Shown here in pieces: positions 1 through 14,365 of a DNA stretch of 51,270 nucleotides (positions are counted from its first letter, which is position 1; each line of letters begins with the position of its first letter). Below the pieces are notes generated by a model, which saw only the letters and a list, made by a program, of their open reading frames with translations, did no database searches and had not been told where the DNA came from. Position numbers and translations under genes: made by a program. The stretch is from Toensbergia leucococca (Eukaryota): the NCBI GenBank assembly GCA_022813965.1, contig JALDZS010000167.1, positions 1 through 51,270 on the forward strand, in the 5' to 3' direction.

Positions 1-14
1 GGCACCCCCATCCC

Positions 15-47
<33 letters not shown>

Positions 48-177
48 CCAAGAACAAACACCCTTCCCACCCCCACAACCACGTGCTCGGCCCCTGACTT
101 CAGTTTCAAAATCTCTTTTGTCTCGATGAGGCCCTAGCCCGCCCTTGGACGCGTGTGGAAATGAATTCTCCACCAAG

Positions 178-209
178 AAAAAAAGAAAAAGAAAAAGAAA
201 AAGAAAAAG
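178..209 (+). repeat. (GAAAAA)n A-rich microsatellite; poly-A tract also at 15-43
   Basis: gaaaaaaa-gaaaaa-gaaaaa-gaaaaa-gaaaaa-g read directly. Confidence 0.8.
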
Positions 210-455
210 CTTCCGTACAAAGATTTATGGAGATGGTTTCTTTTTTTTTACACACAAAAAAAAAAATTTGAAAAGGAAACAGAAAACAGAACACGGGGTT
301 GAAAAAGATCTACATTGAAGCGCCTAAACTCACAAGATTAGTGGTATCATAATCTATGACCACCCCCCTTTCCACAGCAAAAAAAAATCTATTCACACGC
401 CAAAAAAAAAGAAAAGAAAAGACTCAAAGCCACGCCAAAAATAACACACACCCTT

Positions 456-2585
456 TTATATAGCTTGATCCTCATAAACCTCGACCTTCTCCGCATACGT
501 CCGGATATCCGAAACAAAGTTCTCTTCAATCAGCTCCCCTTTGCCCCCGGCAACCCTTAGAATCAAATCGTTCAGCGATGCCCGGCCCAGGATATCGACG
601 TGATCGCCTTTATCAAACAAGCATTATCAGTAAAGGCGTCTATCTTGAACGAAAGCAGATATGAAAAGAATAATAAACAGCGAAAGTGTTTGAAAAAGAA
701 CACACCTGTATTTGGCCCGCCCCTTGGCGAAAACCGGTCTGGCTCATGCGGCATTTCATAAACCTTGATCTGCACGCCGGCGGGATTGTAGCGCTTGATG
801 CGCCAGCCCTTGGCACACATATATCCTGTGCTGAGGAGCGAGACAGTGCCGTCGCCCTCGCCGGGGATGATGCCGTGATCGATTTCCCCCCGTGTGAGCG
901 ACGTGTCGATGGTGACGTTGAGGGTGGAGGAGGGATCTTGGTCTTCGCGGTAGAAGTAGCTTCTTTCGGTCGACTTGCCGATGCCGTAGAAGCAGTAGAT
1001 TTTGAGGCTCGGGGCGAGCGGGAGGCGGGTTTCGAGGGGGTTGATCCATTTTTTCGGGTTGTGGGCATTGTGCTCGACTTCGGCGCGGGTGTGGGCGACG
1101 CCGGCGGAATAGTTATCGAGGATCTGGGTTTTGTACCATGTATCGCTGTTTTCGAGCAGGTAATTGAGGCTTTCTTCTACTGTTAAATTTTTAGGAGATT
1201 TTGTCGAGTTGCTCTCCTTGAAGTTGATGAAGGTGCCGTAGCTCACGTTTTGGTTGGGCAGATCGTCTGGAGCCCAGGTTCTATTGCCCCAGACTGCGTT
1301 ACCGCCGAGGGGTAGCATGCTTGAAATTCCTGGCATTGCTCGGAAGATTTCTGCGCGCTCTGATTTGGCCAGGAATTTCTCCAGGCCGTATACCGCGAAA
1401 GCGTTGAGCTGAGCAGTGTCTTTCATCTCGCCGGAAAGCACGGCCGGTAAACCCTTGAGGGCACCCAACATACACCCACTGATATTGACCCAGGAGTCAA
1501 CGAATTCGTCGACCCATCCCGGTCCACCGCCGCCATAGCCCTCTTCTTCGACCCAATGGAAGAAATAGAAGAGAACTTGAGCACCCATGCTATGAGAGAC
1601 TAGAACCACTTTCTGACCGGACGTCAATTTCGCAGTCTCGATGTGCGACTTCAAGCGCGTGAAATAATGATCCCGGACTTCGAGGTTGGCATATGATAGT
1701 CGCCAATCATATGCAGCGGTGAATGCGTTTGTCCTCGGTTCTGTGAGCTTTACATCAGGGCTCGACAGGAGTCAAAACGTACGGATCATAGCCCAAGGTT
1801 GCCAAATTCTCCAAAATCTTGTTCCAGATCCAGTAGCCGGTGATGAAACTAGGATCGATATTAGTGCAACTCATCTTCATCCACCTTCAGTATAAATCTC
1901 TCACAAGTCTGCAGCATCAAAGCCTTGGGCAGCTCTCAACTTAATGCCAGGTGGATCAAGGCCTGTCAGCTTGTCGAGCATGATGTGTTTCTTCCAGCCT
2001 GCTTTATCTAATACAAGCGCTCTCATCATGCTCCAACTGCCCCACAGCCTTTTCCTAAAGTACTGCCGTGATGCTTCCTCTGTTCCCCAACTCTCCAATC
2101 CCGTGGAGATGACACCAGGAATCATTATCACAGGATGCAGAGCCCTGACTCCTTGCGACCGCAAATGTAAGCCTACAGAAAATGAATCATAGTTCACGGT
2201 ATCGCGCTCATGTTGCTGTGTTTCGCCTTCTATCAGCCCAACACCAAGGCCATCTGATCAGTATACTTTTTCAACATACTGAAATTTCCTTGGCATCTCT
2301 GATAATGCCTGCGGGGATGACATCGAATAAGGAGTCCAGGTTAATATTCACGAGTCCATCCAAGCTGATGACATCGTTTCTATCGGCAAAGACTGCGGCA
2401 GCTACGAGGCCAAAAAGGCCGCCGAGAGTAAAAATGAGGCCTTGGTGTTTCTTGCTTCTCTTCTTCTTAAGTTTTTTAATGTGGGATGTTGGTATTAGAG
2501 TGACGGGCTCTGCTGGATCCGGGCTTGGATCTCGCGAAGGATCTGAGGACGAATCGCCGAACAATCTGCGCCTCAAAGTAGACAT
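456..2585 (-). CDS. LRO1: Phospholipid:diacylglycerol acyltransferase (PDAT, LCAT family), 5 exons
   Basis: N-terminal TM helix (GLIFTLGGLFGLVAAAVF), HPVIMIPGVISTGLESW, FRKRLWGS, lipase motif VSHSMG, GEGDGTV, DHVDILG after splicing. ATG at 2585, TAA at 456-458. Confidence 0.95.
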
Positions 2586-2812
2586 TGGGCTCAGCAAGAA
2601 GGCCGGAAAGTGAAATGAGTGTTGAAGTCCATATCGTTGAGCAATCGGCACTAAGAAATTCAACGTTACGTTACTTTACTTTTCCTGCAGGTTCCGCTTA
2701 GCTCCGCTTCCGCCTAGCTCCGGCTCCGGCTCAACGTCTGGGTTCTGTTTCCTGGGACATAGGGCTGAAATCTTAAATTAACCTCCTGGTAGATTAGTAC
2801 GCATAACACTCA

Positions 2813-3492
2813 ATGATGATGAGTGGCAGCGTAAAGGCGCAGATGGCCTCCTCCGACCTCCAATATGTACAGTATCACAGCGATAAAGAAGCAGAATATC
2901 TTTCCGCCATGCGACAGCTAATCTCCCATGATCTCTCTGAACCCTACAGCATCTACGTCTACCGCTATTTTCTGTATCAATGGGGAGATTTGTGCTTCAT
3001 GGTGGGAGGCCAATCTATCAACTGTACACCATACTGAGTATGGTTTTAGGCTCTGGATGCAAAGGACAATATGCTTGGTGTTGTCGTCACCAAGTTGGAG
3101 CCACATAGAGGAGGTCCTCTCCGAGGCTATATTGCTATGCTAGCTGTCAAGGAAGAGCACCGTGGAAAAGGCATCGCAACAAAGCTCGTTCGGATGGCAA
3201 TTGATGTTATGATTGAGCGGAACGCTGACGAGGTACTTTGCAATTCTTCCCATGCCGCCATTCTCATGCTAAGATTCTGGAGATCGCCTTGGAAACAGAA
3301 GTCACAAATACTCCAGCAATGAAGCTCTATGAGCGGCTTGGCTTTCTTAGGAGCAAAAGACTCCACCGCTACTATCTCAACGGCAACTCTGCATTTAGGT
3401 TCGTCTTGTGTTTGAAGGAAAGCGCTGCGACAAGAATCGGATACGATGATGATGAGGATCCGAACCACCTTGAAAACCCACCTTCAGCCTAA
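2813..3492 (+). CDS. MAK3: NatC N-terminal acetyltransferase catalytic subunit (Naa30), 3 exons; start may be ATG 2843
   Basis: [30 protein letters not shown] (acetyl-CoA motif), [26 protein letters not shown]. Confidence 0.95.
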
Positions 3493-3598
3493 AGTAGGGT
3501 ATCTCAAGTCAACACTCCCCAAGCAGTTGCCCTCATTGCCCTCAACTCCGAGCCAACTAGAGGACTAAACGGGTCCATGAAGTGAAAGCACCATTTCA

Positions 3599-6500
3599 TC
3601 AAGCATTGGCTTGGACGACTCTGAAGCCTGCGCTAACTGTCTTCTGAATATCCTCGTTCTTGTGTTGTAGAAGCGAGAGAGCATACGCAACGTCGCTCCA
3701 TTGCCTTTCGCTCTCGCAGCGTGCAAGTCTTGCTGCAAGTTTGTCTGCGAGCTGTTTGGCATGTTTGTCCTGTCCGACGTGTCAGCGTGCTGAGGATGCC
3801 TTTCATGAATATGAATCGACTTACCTTTTCGATGAACGAAGCGAGGAACTTGACAATTCTTTTCAAGGCGTCCTCTTGCAAATCTTCCTCAGCACTGAGC
3901 AAAGAAAACATATCTATAAAATGATTGTACACTGCGTTATCCTTCGTTGCAAGCTCCGTAAAGAACATTCGCGACAAGTCAGCAATTCTTTTGTCCGAAT
4001 CCTCCAGGCACTTCGCCATCTCGCCTAGTTGGCCCTTCACCTTCACCTGCCCGGCTAGTATCAGGAAGGTAAGGGTCATCAGACATGTTCGCTTTACGGA
4101 AGCGTCATTGTCGTTGAGTCGTCGGTATAGGAAGTCGGTATTTTCGTCTATGAGATGGTTAAAACATACAGCCATATCCCCTAATGCAATGACGACATTG
4201 CTCCGAGTTATGGGATTCTTTGACCGTTCCAGGATAGTGATGAGAAGTGGCAAATTTTTCTCGCAGTATTCAGACGAAACGCACATCAGCTTGGCCATAC
4301 ATAAGGTCGCAGCCGCCTGGAGATCCTCGCCTTTGTAAGCTGTATTATTCGAGCAAAGCTCTGTGACTAGCGGACCGAAGTTGGAAAGCAATGAGTTTTC
4401 TCCATACAGAAGCTCTCGCTCTCGGATGTGTGCCATAGCTTCTGTAAAATCGTCCTCGGTAGTACCGCCAATAAGGTCGAGCTCGTCTTGATCAGGACTA
4501 TTGGTCTTAGTTGGAGAAGCATTTGGAACTTTGTTTTTCTCCTTTTCCGCCTTTCTTCGTTTAAAGTCAAGCTCACAAAGCTCTAAATGGACGATCTGCT
4601 TAATGGCTACATGCCCAACAATGAACAATAGCTGGGAAAGGGCCAGTGAACCATGTTGTTTTCTTTCCGGGTCTTCTGGCGGTGGAGTGGCAAGTCCTGT
4701 TTGACCTTCTATGCCTTCCATAGGCTCTGAAGTTGGCCGAGCGCTTCGTTGCTGAAATACATGCTTGGTCTTTCGGCGTAATATCTCAGAGCACAAATTA
4801 TCTGGATGTTTTGATAACGTATAGATAGCCCCAATGGCCTGTTCTGCTACGCCCAACCTGCGATTGTATCAGTATGTTGTGTATGAACCCCAGTTTAGCA
4901 TGTCTAGACTTACCATTCTTTGCTATCAGAGACTATCTCAACCATTGCAGCTAGGCGGTTAAGAATAGCATGCTCGTTAGGAAGCTTCGAAGTTGAACCA
5001 GGCACACCTTTGGCTTGACGCCCCGAAGGGTTCATACGTTTCAGTGCAAGGCAGGTGTATTTGGCAAGCGCCAAATCAGACCGACCGAGCGTATCAAGAC
5101 CCACCCGAAGCATCGTCTCCATTTCTTTGACAACGATGTCAGGCTCTGCCATTGCCAGCATCCCTAACACAATGATTGCCCCCCTTCTTTGATTCCTTGA
5201 AATTTCTCTCTTTTGCACCCCATATACCTGCCATAACTTGACCACTACCAGATCGGACACATGTCCAGCTTTCATCATTGTACTCAAGAGTTGCTCCAAA
5301 GATGTGAGCTCAGCAGGAGTGGCGCCAAATGTGAGGCTGATCATGTTTCGTGCGATGTAGTTTGCCGCATCGTTCGAGCTGAAAGAATCAGGCGCACCGA
5401 AGAATAGACCTCTGTAGCAGTCAATAAGATGTGTCTGAACTCCCTTTCCTTCGTCACTATTGCCTTTTGTCCAGATCAAACGAAGCATTCTGCGAATACC
5501 AGTCCGCGCAGCCTCAATCTTATACGCATCGATTACCACAAAGAAGTCCATGGCTTCTATTACCTCGCTCTTGTTTTTGGAAGATAAAAGCTGACAAACG
5601 ACAGGAGTTGCAGAGTGGAGGACTTCGATGAATCGCATGGCCTCGGTATAGTATTTGCGAGTCAGCTGCAGTCTGTTCATAAGCTCTGACGTTGCAGCAT
5701 CTTCTGCGGCCTTCTTTAGTATCGCCACTTGCTGTTCTTCAGTCATAGGAGAGGGTTCTTGCGACTGATCTTCAAGTACCGTGGCATCATCTAGCAAAGC
5801 ATCGTCGACATGCTTCTCTCCAAGCCCTGGAGAGTCAGCCGGTGGCTTCAAAGTATTCAGCTCATTCTCCACGGCCTGTAATCGGCCATCCCAATCATGG
5901 TAAGACAACTGTCCACCGTGCATGACACTGAAAGGATGCGTCGATACTAGCTTTCCAAGTAATTTAATGGCATTCCTGCGAACGTTGCTGCTCTTATCTT
6001 CAAGGCTACGAGCAGCAAGTTCGGCAGCTGTTTGACGGCGTTTAGGGAATTTCTGGTCCAAGTCGCACAGCCTCATGTAGACTTGAATAGCCCTGCATCG
6101 ACAATAAGGGTTTATATCTAAGAATCGTTCTTCTAGGACATCGAAGAAGCCATTGATTTGGGTCTTGTAATTATCACTTCGTTCTTCTTGCTTACTCATG
6201 TCTGATATGAGGTTGCCGCATACTTCAATTACGGCGCATCGAAGAGTGTATGCCTAAAGATATCAATGACTATAGTCTGAAAGAACAAAACAGACTTACT
6301 TCACTATCCAATTGTTTCGCGAGTAAGGTCATCTGCTTAATGACCAAGCGTGGCGCAAGTTCTGAAAGCTTGATGATGAAGCTTGAAACAGATTTGGGAC
6401 CTCGAGTGTCATTGCTATTAAATTCCTTGTTGCTCAAGTCTCTACATGGACATCAATAAAAATCTAAGCGAAGAAATCTCCATGCCTACCTTAGGATCTC

Positions 6501-7492
6501 GTCTGCGAGTTGGGGATAGTCGTACTGCTCGGAAAGAATGTGCAGAAACTCTGCCATCGGCTCTGCAAGATGTTCAAAATAAGAAAGATTTTGGATAATG
6601 GAAGTTTGAGCCCCTATTTCAAGTCAACATAACAATCGTAAGCCATTCTTTGCACGAGGGGAGTACCGAAAGCATGACCGTGGTGCTTGACTGCAATACA
6701 AAGAACCTTGAATGCGTACATTCGGACGGTGGTGTTCTTGATTCGCTGTTCGCTTTCCAGGACCAAGTAGACTGATCGAGTGAAGAGACCAACAAAAGTG
6801 TCTCGTTCCGACGTTGTCATAAAGACTTTGCCAAGCTTCAGCTTCAGCACCTTACAGATCGTATCCAAAGCAGTCAGGAGCTGAGCAGCCGAATCCCAAC
6901 TACCATCTTTTGTGTTGTTTTTGGACTTTGTGCTCTTACTAGCTCCCCGACCTTTCGCAGTGGCTCCGCTTGCTGGTTTCTCGGTCGCTTTGATCTCCAC
7001 GACAGATATGGTCCACTGCAAGAGGAAGGCGTACATCTCCAGTAGTCTTTTATGGTGTTGGGCGGCATCCTGCTCGTCGGCTTCGAGATCAGTATGAATG
7101 GTGTCGGCCTCTGATGCAAGGCCGGAAACGATTAGATCGAATATCTTGCTCAGAGAATGTGTGGATAACAGCGAAGCTGACCTGGATAGTTGGAAGAGCT
7201 CAGAGTCAGATTCACTGGGGTAATTTTGTTCAGACTTAAGAGAAGTAGGGGCACACTTTAGAAGGAATTGTAATGAATCAAATATGGAGCTCCTCATAAG
7301 GGCATCCGGATTTCCAGCAATTGCCTCCACGATGGGATTAAGCACACCATTAATGAGGCCATTACTGAGTGACTCGGGATCGTTCTCGCAGTCTACGAGG
7401 CTTCCATCGGCCTCCAGGGTTGAAATAGTTGCAGGGTCACTGAGGTAATGCTTCAGCGTATCATTGATATCGAAGTTGACCAGATCGCCCAT
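3599..7492 (-). CDS. YCS4: Condensin complex non-SMC HEAT subunit Cnd1/Ycs4 (CAP-D2), multi-exon
   Basis: LCIAVKHHGHAF, ERFLDINPYCR, DKSSNVRRNAIKLL, RSNVVIALGDMAVCFNHLIDENTDFLYRRL, LILAGQVKVKGQLGEMAKCL. Spliced C-terminus ...GFRVVQANA* (TGA 3599-3601). Confidence 0.95.
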
Positions 7493-7644
7493 GACGGCAC
7501 AATCCCCTGTGTAAATGCGCAATGCTCACAAGAGCTTCAAGAAGCAGTTCCGGCAAAGATAGACCAATTGACAGTGTTGATGAAAGGTGGGGAATTTCAG
7601 TGTTTACTGTCTGTATTCTAAAAGCTTGGCGAATGTTTACTTTC

Positions 7645-7682
7645 GGGTCGCGTTCTGGCCAATCGCGTATTCTACCGCGCAT
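7645..7682. promoter_or_regulatory. Cluster of CGCG (MCB-like) elements in the YCS4-CDC7 bidirectional promoter
   Basis: TCGCGT, TCGCGT and CCGCGC within about 35 bp between two divergent cell-cycle genes. Confidence 0.45.
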
Positions 7683-7773
7683 ATTCCCTTATTCTATGGA
7701 TATTCGTTCACGACATTTAGATGCAAATGGACTCGCACTTCATCATGGATATCGTATTGTGAAGTCCACTGAT

Positions 7774-9451
<1,678 letters not shown>

Positions 9452-9740
9452 ATGAGCAATGAAGGTTGGAACTATTGTACAAATGTATAATATCCTGTAG
9501 CTTGCTGCTTTTGCATTTGAGGCTAGCGCGGCGTCAGGGAGGCATGAGCACGTAGTATTATAATTTCATTTTTCGAGTCCAGTCAGCACACTCCCACAAG
9601 GCCACGGTCAGTCACGCGCATTGGTAAAGAAAAGCAACATAAAATGCTGTCAGCTTTCCGCAACAAGCACATTATTTTTCCTAGCAAACTGCACCCCACA
9701 AACCCGCACCCACACCCACTCCCCCCAGCTCTCCCTCCGC

Positions 9741-10433
9741 CTACGCAACCAACTCGACAATGCCCCCCGCCTCCTTGATCTTCCGCTCGGCCTCCTTGCT
9801 AAAAAACCTCGCCCGCACCACCATCGGTATCTCCGGGATCCGCCCCTTGCCCAACACCTTCGAGTAGCCCAGCGGCAGCAAATCAAGCACAGGCGCCGTA
9901 TCCGTCTTCTTGCCCGAAATGTACTCGTCGCGCGTCTCAACCGGTACAAGTGACCACAGCTATATCCCATCACCAACAAAGTCAGCTCCAACATATGTCA
10001 ATCCCCCAAACTACCATCCCCCAAATTTTCCATTCCCCAATCACACCCAGCCAGCTAAAAGAACTCCCCTCGCCATCTCAACCCTCCCCCCCCCATCCCA
10101 AAATGGTGTGAAAACAAGGCAGAGAACGCACCTTGTCCAGATTGATCACCGGCTTCCAAAACTGGCTCTGCACCTTGTGGAAATAGCGCATCCCCACCTT
10201 GCCAAAGTACCCGGGATGGTATTTGTCGAGATTTGTGCGGTGGTGATGTTGCCCTCCGGCCATACCGCGACCGCCGGGATGCTTGCGGTGTTTGCCTACG
10301 CGGCCGTGACCGGCGGAGACGTGGCCGCGGCTGTTGGGGGAGGAGAAAGGGTGTTAGCTTTGGGGTGATGGGTGGAGGAGGGAAGATTGGGGAGGACTTG
10401 CTGTTTTCGGGTTTGGGAAAATCGGGTAGGCAT
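9741..10433 (-). CDS. RPL28: 60S ribosomal protein uL15 (yeast L28/CYH2, L27a), 3 exons, first intron GC-AG
   Basis: Spliced [62 protein letters not shown]...IVELVA*. Confidence 0.97.
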
Positions 10434-10710
10434 GTTCTTTTGGAGTTTGTCGAGGAAGATTGATGGTTTCGGGGTAGGTGGTGTAGTTGGGTTTGGTGAT
10501 TTGGTGGTGGTGGGCGCTAGGAGGTCGCTTAGTGGCTAGGGCGAAAACCCTGGTGACAGAAGTTTTCCTCGTTTCTTCGTTTCTTTCGAAATCATAAGAG
10601 TCAGGAATACATCTAGAGCGATTGTAATCAAGAGTGCAAATGTTTGGGTCTATCTAAACTTCTATTATTGATTTTGGAGATTTAGATTCCATGTCAAACA
10701 TTTTCGACCT

Positions 10711-13700
10711 TCAGCCTCGGCCTTTGGACTTGAAAAATGCTCGCAAATTTCTAGTGACCTCCATAAAAGGCTTCTCCCCTGTGTCCTTCACCAGGCCTTC
10801 TTTGATCCATCCCGGAAGCTTGCTAGAGACACGCTGTGTATTGTACCTCCGATCTAGCAAAATGATACTCGCAAAGTCGCTCTGGTGGCGGATTGCTCTA
10901 CCAATACTTTGGTTGACCGCCCTCATGCAAGCATTTTCGTAGAAATCTCGAGCTGCAGCTTTACTGTCATTTCGACTTTCGCCTCGAGCTAGAGTGCTTT
11001 GCTCGATGTATTCCAGCTTTGCTCTCCATTCTGCACTTTGGATATTAGGAAAGGGTAAACCAACAACGACGACGCCTCGTCCAAGCCTGTCCGAGAAATT
11101 GATACCCTCTGACATCTTTCCACCGATAACGGACAGCAGAAGTCCCCCTTTGCCGTTGTCGATAGACTTTGAGTATTCTCGGAGTATATCCTCTACTCCG
11201 ACAGATTCTTTGGATTCCCGGAATATCGGCTTCTGCTTTGATAGGCGATCCCATATACCTTGAGCCATTCCAGGCGCTCGTATTTGCCACCTCGAAATTA
11301 CATGATCTAGAAATGAGTAGCTAGAGAAGAACGCTACCAATCCGTCGGGGATGACATTAGATATTTCAATCAGGGCAGAGCCCAAACCATCAATCATAGC
11401 TGGCGAATTACGCTTCTCGTAGGTGAAGTCGAAATCAATACCACCAGGTCCCTTTGCTACAGGCCATACGGTCAGATTTTCCTTAGGAATGATGTGCCCG
11501 CAACTCCAAGTCTTTAGGCGACTGAATTCCACATAGGCAAAGAGATGACGAACGTAGTCATCCATCTGCGCCGAGGTTAGTACAAGTGTAGACGTGAAGA
11601 CACTCAAGATCTAGAATTTTTACCGGCGACATTGTACCTCCAGCGAGGATGACCGCTCGCGCGTCTTCGACAATCTCCTTGAAGTGGTGTGTTGGATCTA
11701 GAAGCATATATTTGAGTAACGAGTCGTTGGGGTCCGTCCTATCGTAGAAGAAGCAGCCTTCTGACGTGGGATTGGTCAATGCTTGAAGGAAAGACTGAAC
11801 ATGATTCAAGACCGGGGTTGTGGTTGCGCTAATTTCTGAATTGGACGTTTTCCCCTTCAGTTCGCTGTGGATTATGTATCCATCAACCTTCCGAACTAAT
11901 TTGCTTTCCTGCAGGTAGCGCATAAGTTTATAGAGATTAATCTGATCAGCTCCCTTGCCAGCTAATAGATCACTAACGTCTGCAGCACCTCCAGGGAGCC
12001 CAGCACTGCTAGCTTTACCCTCGAGATATCCTGACAGAGAGTCTAGTAATCGGACGACTTGTGTGACATACACTCTATTTTTGCCCTTGAATTTATTTCG
12101 AAACTTCTGCAAGTAGATGCCCAGTTGAGATCGAGAACGTTTTAGCTGGGAGTGAGATATGGTGACAGAGTAGATATTAGATATTGCGTCCATCAGATTG
12201 TGTGCTTCATCAATTATTACGACGTGTCCTTTCAAAGAGATTTCAAGAGCCTCTCTTGCTGACTTTTGCAATAGTAGCGGATAGGGAAGTGTAACGATCT
12301 TATAATATGTAAGCTCAACTGTTGAAAAAATCACAAATTCCAGTAAGTACCTCGCTAGGTTTGATGGTAGCTCTAGTAGCATAGTAAGGGCAAATCCCTA
12401 TCGTCTTGCCCAATACACCAAGATCTTCTATGTCTCTTATTTTGGCCAAGGTGTGGTCTCTGAATTCATTGACCAATGCTTCATTCTCCCTGTTGGGGAT
12501 GTAAGGACATTTATGATCTTGAGGTGTGCCTGGCTGTTGTAGCTCTAGACAGCTCTCATTGATGGCTGCTGCACTGCCAAGCTTCGAGACTCGGGGGTTG
12601 ATGCAAAGATTCTTGCGTGAGCCCAAGGATAGATGCTTGATTTCTTGCTGTAATACCTCCTCGCGAGTTGATGAGACATCTTCCCCATTTGCCGAAGACA
12701 ACAGAGGAATTTTCAGTCGGCGAAGTTCATTCACAAACTGAGTAAGTTGCGAATGGGTCCTTGAGCAATAGAATATCTTCACTTCGTCTATAGCTTGTGA
12801 GTCTTCTTGTACAGTTGACTTTTCTGCCCGCATCCCTAGTCTACTCGAGTGGCCAATTAATACTTAGATCAGCTTCCTTCAATCATAGTTGAATTTATTT
12901 CTGATTTCATGGCATAGCACTCACTTGTCCATCAATTGTAAGGTCTTCGCGGATAGACCATCATCCTTGATAACTCCGGGGACAGACTTCACCTGATTGT
13001 TACCATCATCGCTTTCATACTCATCGAGTTCGAAGCGAGCTTCGTCATCGAGGTCTGCTGGTGCACGTGCTTCATTTGCTTTCTCGATTGGGATTCAGCA
13101 ATGGGATTAAGAAATTATCCAATAACGCATACAAGTTTCTTTGCATTTGGCTCGCCCTCCTCATACTGCTTCTTTTGGCGTAGCTCTTTGTCACGAAGTT
13201 TTCGGAGACGAACTTCGAGGTTCATTCTCCGCTGGACAGCGGCATCCCTCCTTTGGCTTTTGGCATGCTCAAGAATCCAAGTCGGCTCTCCATCATCTGG
13301 AGATGGATCAACTCTTGTCACAACTCCAATTTTCACAGACAATACCGTCTCCTTGCTCTGTTTGGTCATCCAGTGCTCCCTGTTGATGATCTCGGAGCCA
13401 AGTCAAGGCACCACATAGCAGGCTCAGTGATTTGCCCTTTCAGCATATCAGTCTACCTGTTTCTATGGGACAAATCCACTTGCACAGAGTAGGAAATTGA
13501 AACGGAAATTTTTCTCAGGGGACTTTTATTCCCAGAAATGGATCAGAGTATTCTTACAGTTCCTTGAGAACATGAGCGAAGTCTGGCATAAGCACGAAGG
13601 CCCTGACTTGCCTGTCGGAGACTCAAATATACCAACCTGACCGTCAATTATGCAGTCATACAGTGCGTTCATGAAGCCGTATTGAATATCATATGGCTGA

Positions 13701-13735
13701 TAGGGATGGTGAAAGTCCCTCTTAACAGTCGCCAT
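10711..13735 (-). CDS. CHL1: Chl1/DDX11 Fe-S DNA helicase (XPD family), multi-exon
   Basis: [11 protein letters not shown] (Q motif), spliced [34 protein letters not shown] and CPYYA (Fe-S Cys), [40 protein letters not shown]. Confidence 0.96.
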
Positions 13736-14365
13736 GTAAAGATGATCGTGTCACCTCTTGCCTTCCGAGCCTAGGATTGGAAAAACATTGAGATTAGAGA
13801 AACATGGTTTACCTATGTAGAGTGTAAAGGCGTGATGAGCTTGAGGCTTGGGGTGTTGAGGTACACGCTGTACCCTCATGCCGGGACCAAAACCGGTGAA
13901 TGGCGATAGACTAGTAGTTGCGAGACACCTTCGTGTAATCAGTATCATTTTACTTTGCCCAGCTTTCTATTTTCTACAACCGAGGGTGCGAGGGAACGTA
14001 CAGGGTCGGATTCGGCGTCTCTCAATTCCGACGTCGCGTCGAAGGCGGCGTGGTCTCAAGCTCTATGGGACTGTTTTAGCGTATTCTATCGGCGTGTCAC
14101 TCCCGTCAAGTATCAAGCCACCAAAGCTTGGTTGCCGATCAGGAGGGGCAGCCACCTATGATACAAACGCCTGCTTCGTGTCCAGATTTTGTTTTCCCTT
14201 GTGGCTGATCCCATCTCCTCAGGCAGCACCGTCCTCTTAATCATGATTGAGAAGTAATGGGGATCAAAGAACTCACTTCGAGACAAGGCTGGAGCTTCCT
14301 GCTTTGTTTGATTCTTTCTTTGTGAAAACATTCGACCTGCCAAAGACAGCTAACAGGCCCGCACC

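Noticed and set aside
7522..7773. N-terminal extension of the CDC7 ORF and matching extension of YCS4 to 7522
   Set aside because: Covers the shared promoter; downstream ATGs (7774 or 7696, and 7492) fit better.
9960..10131. snoRNA in RPL28 intron 2
   Set aside because: No convincing C/D or H/ACA box arrangement; it is G-run-rich skewed sequence.
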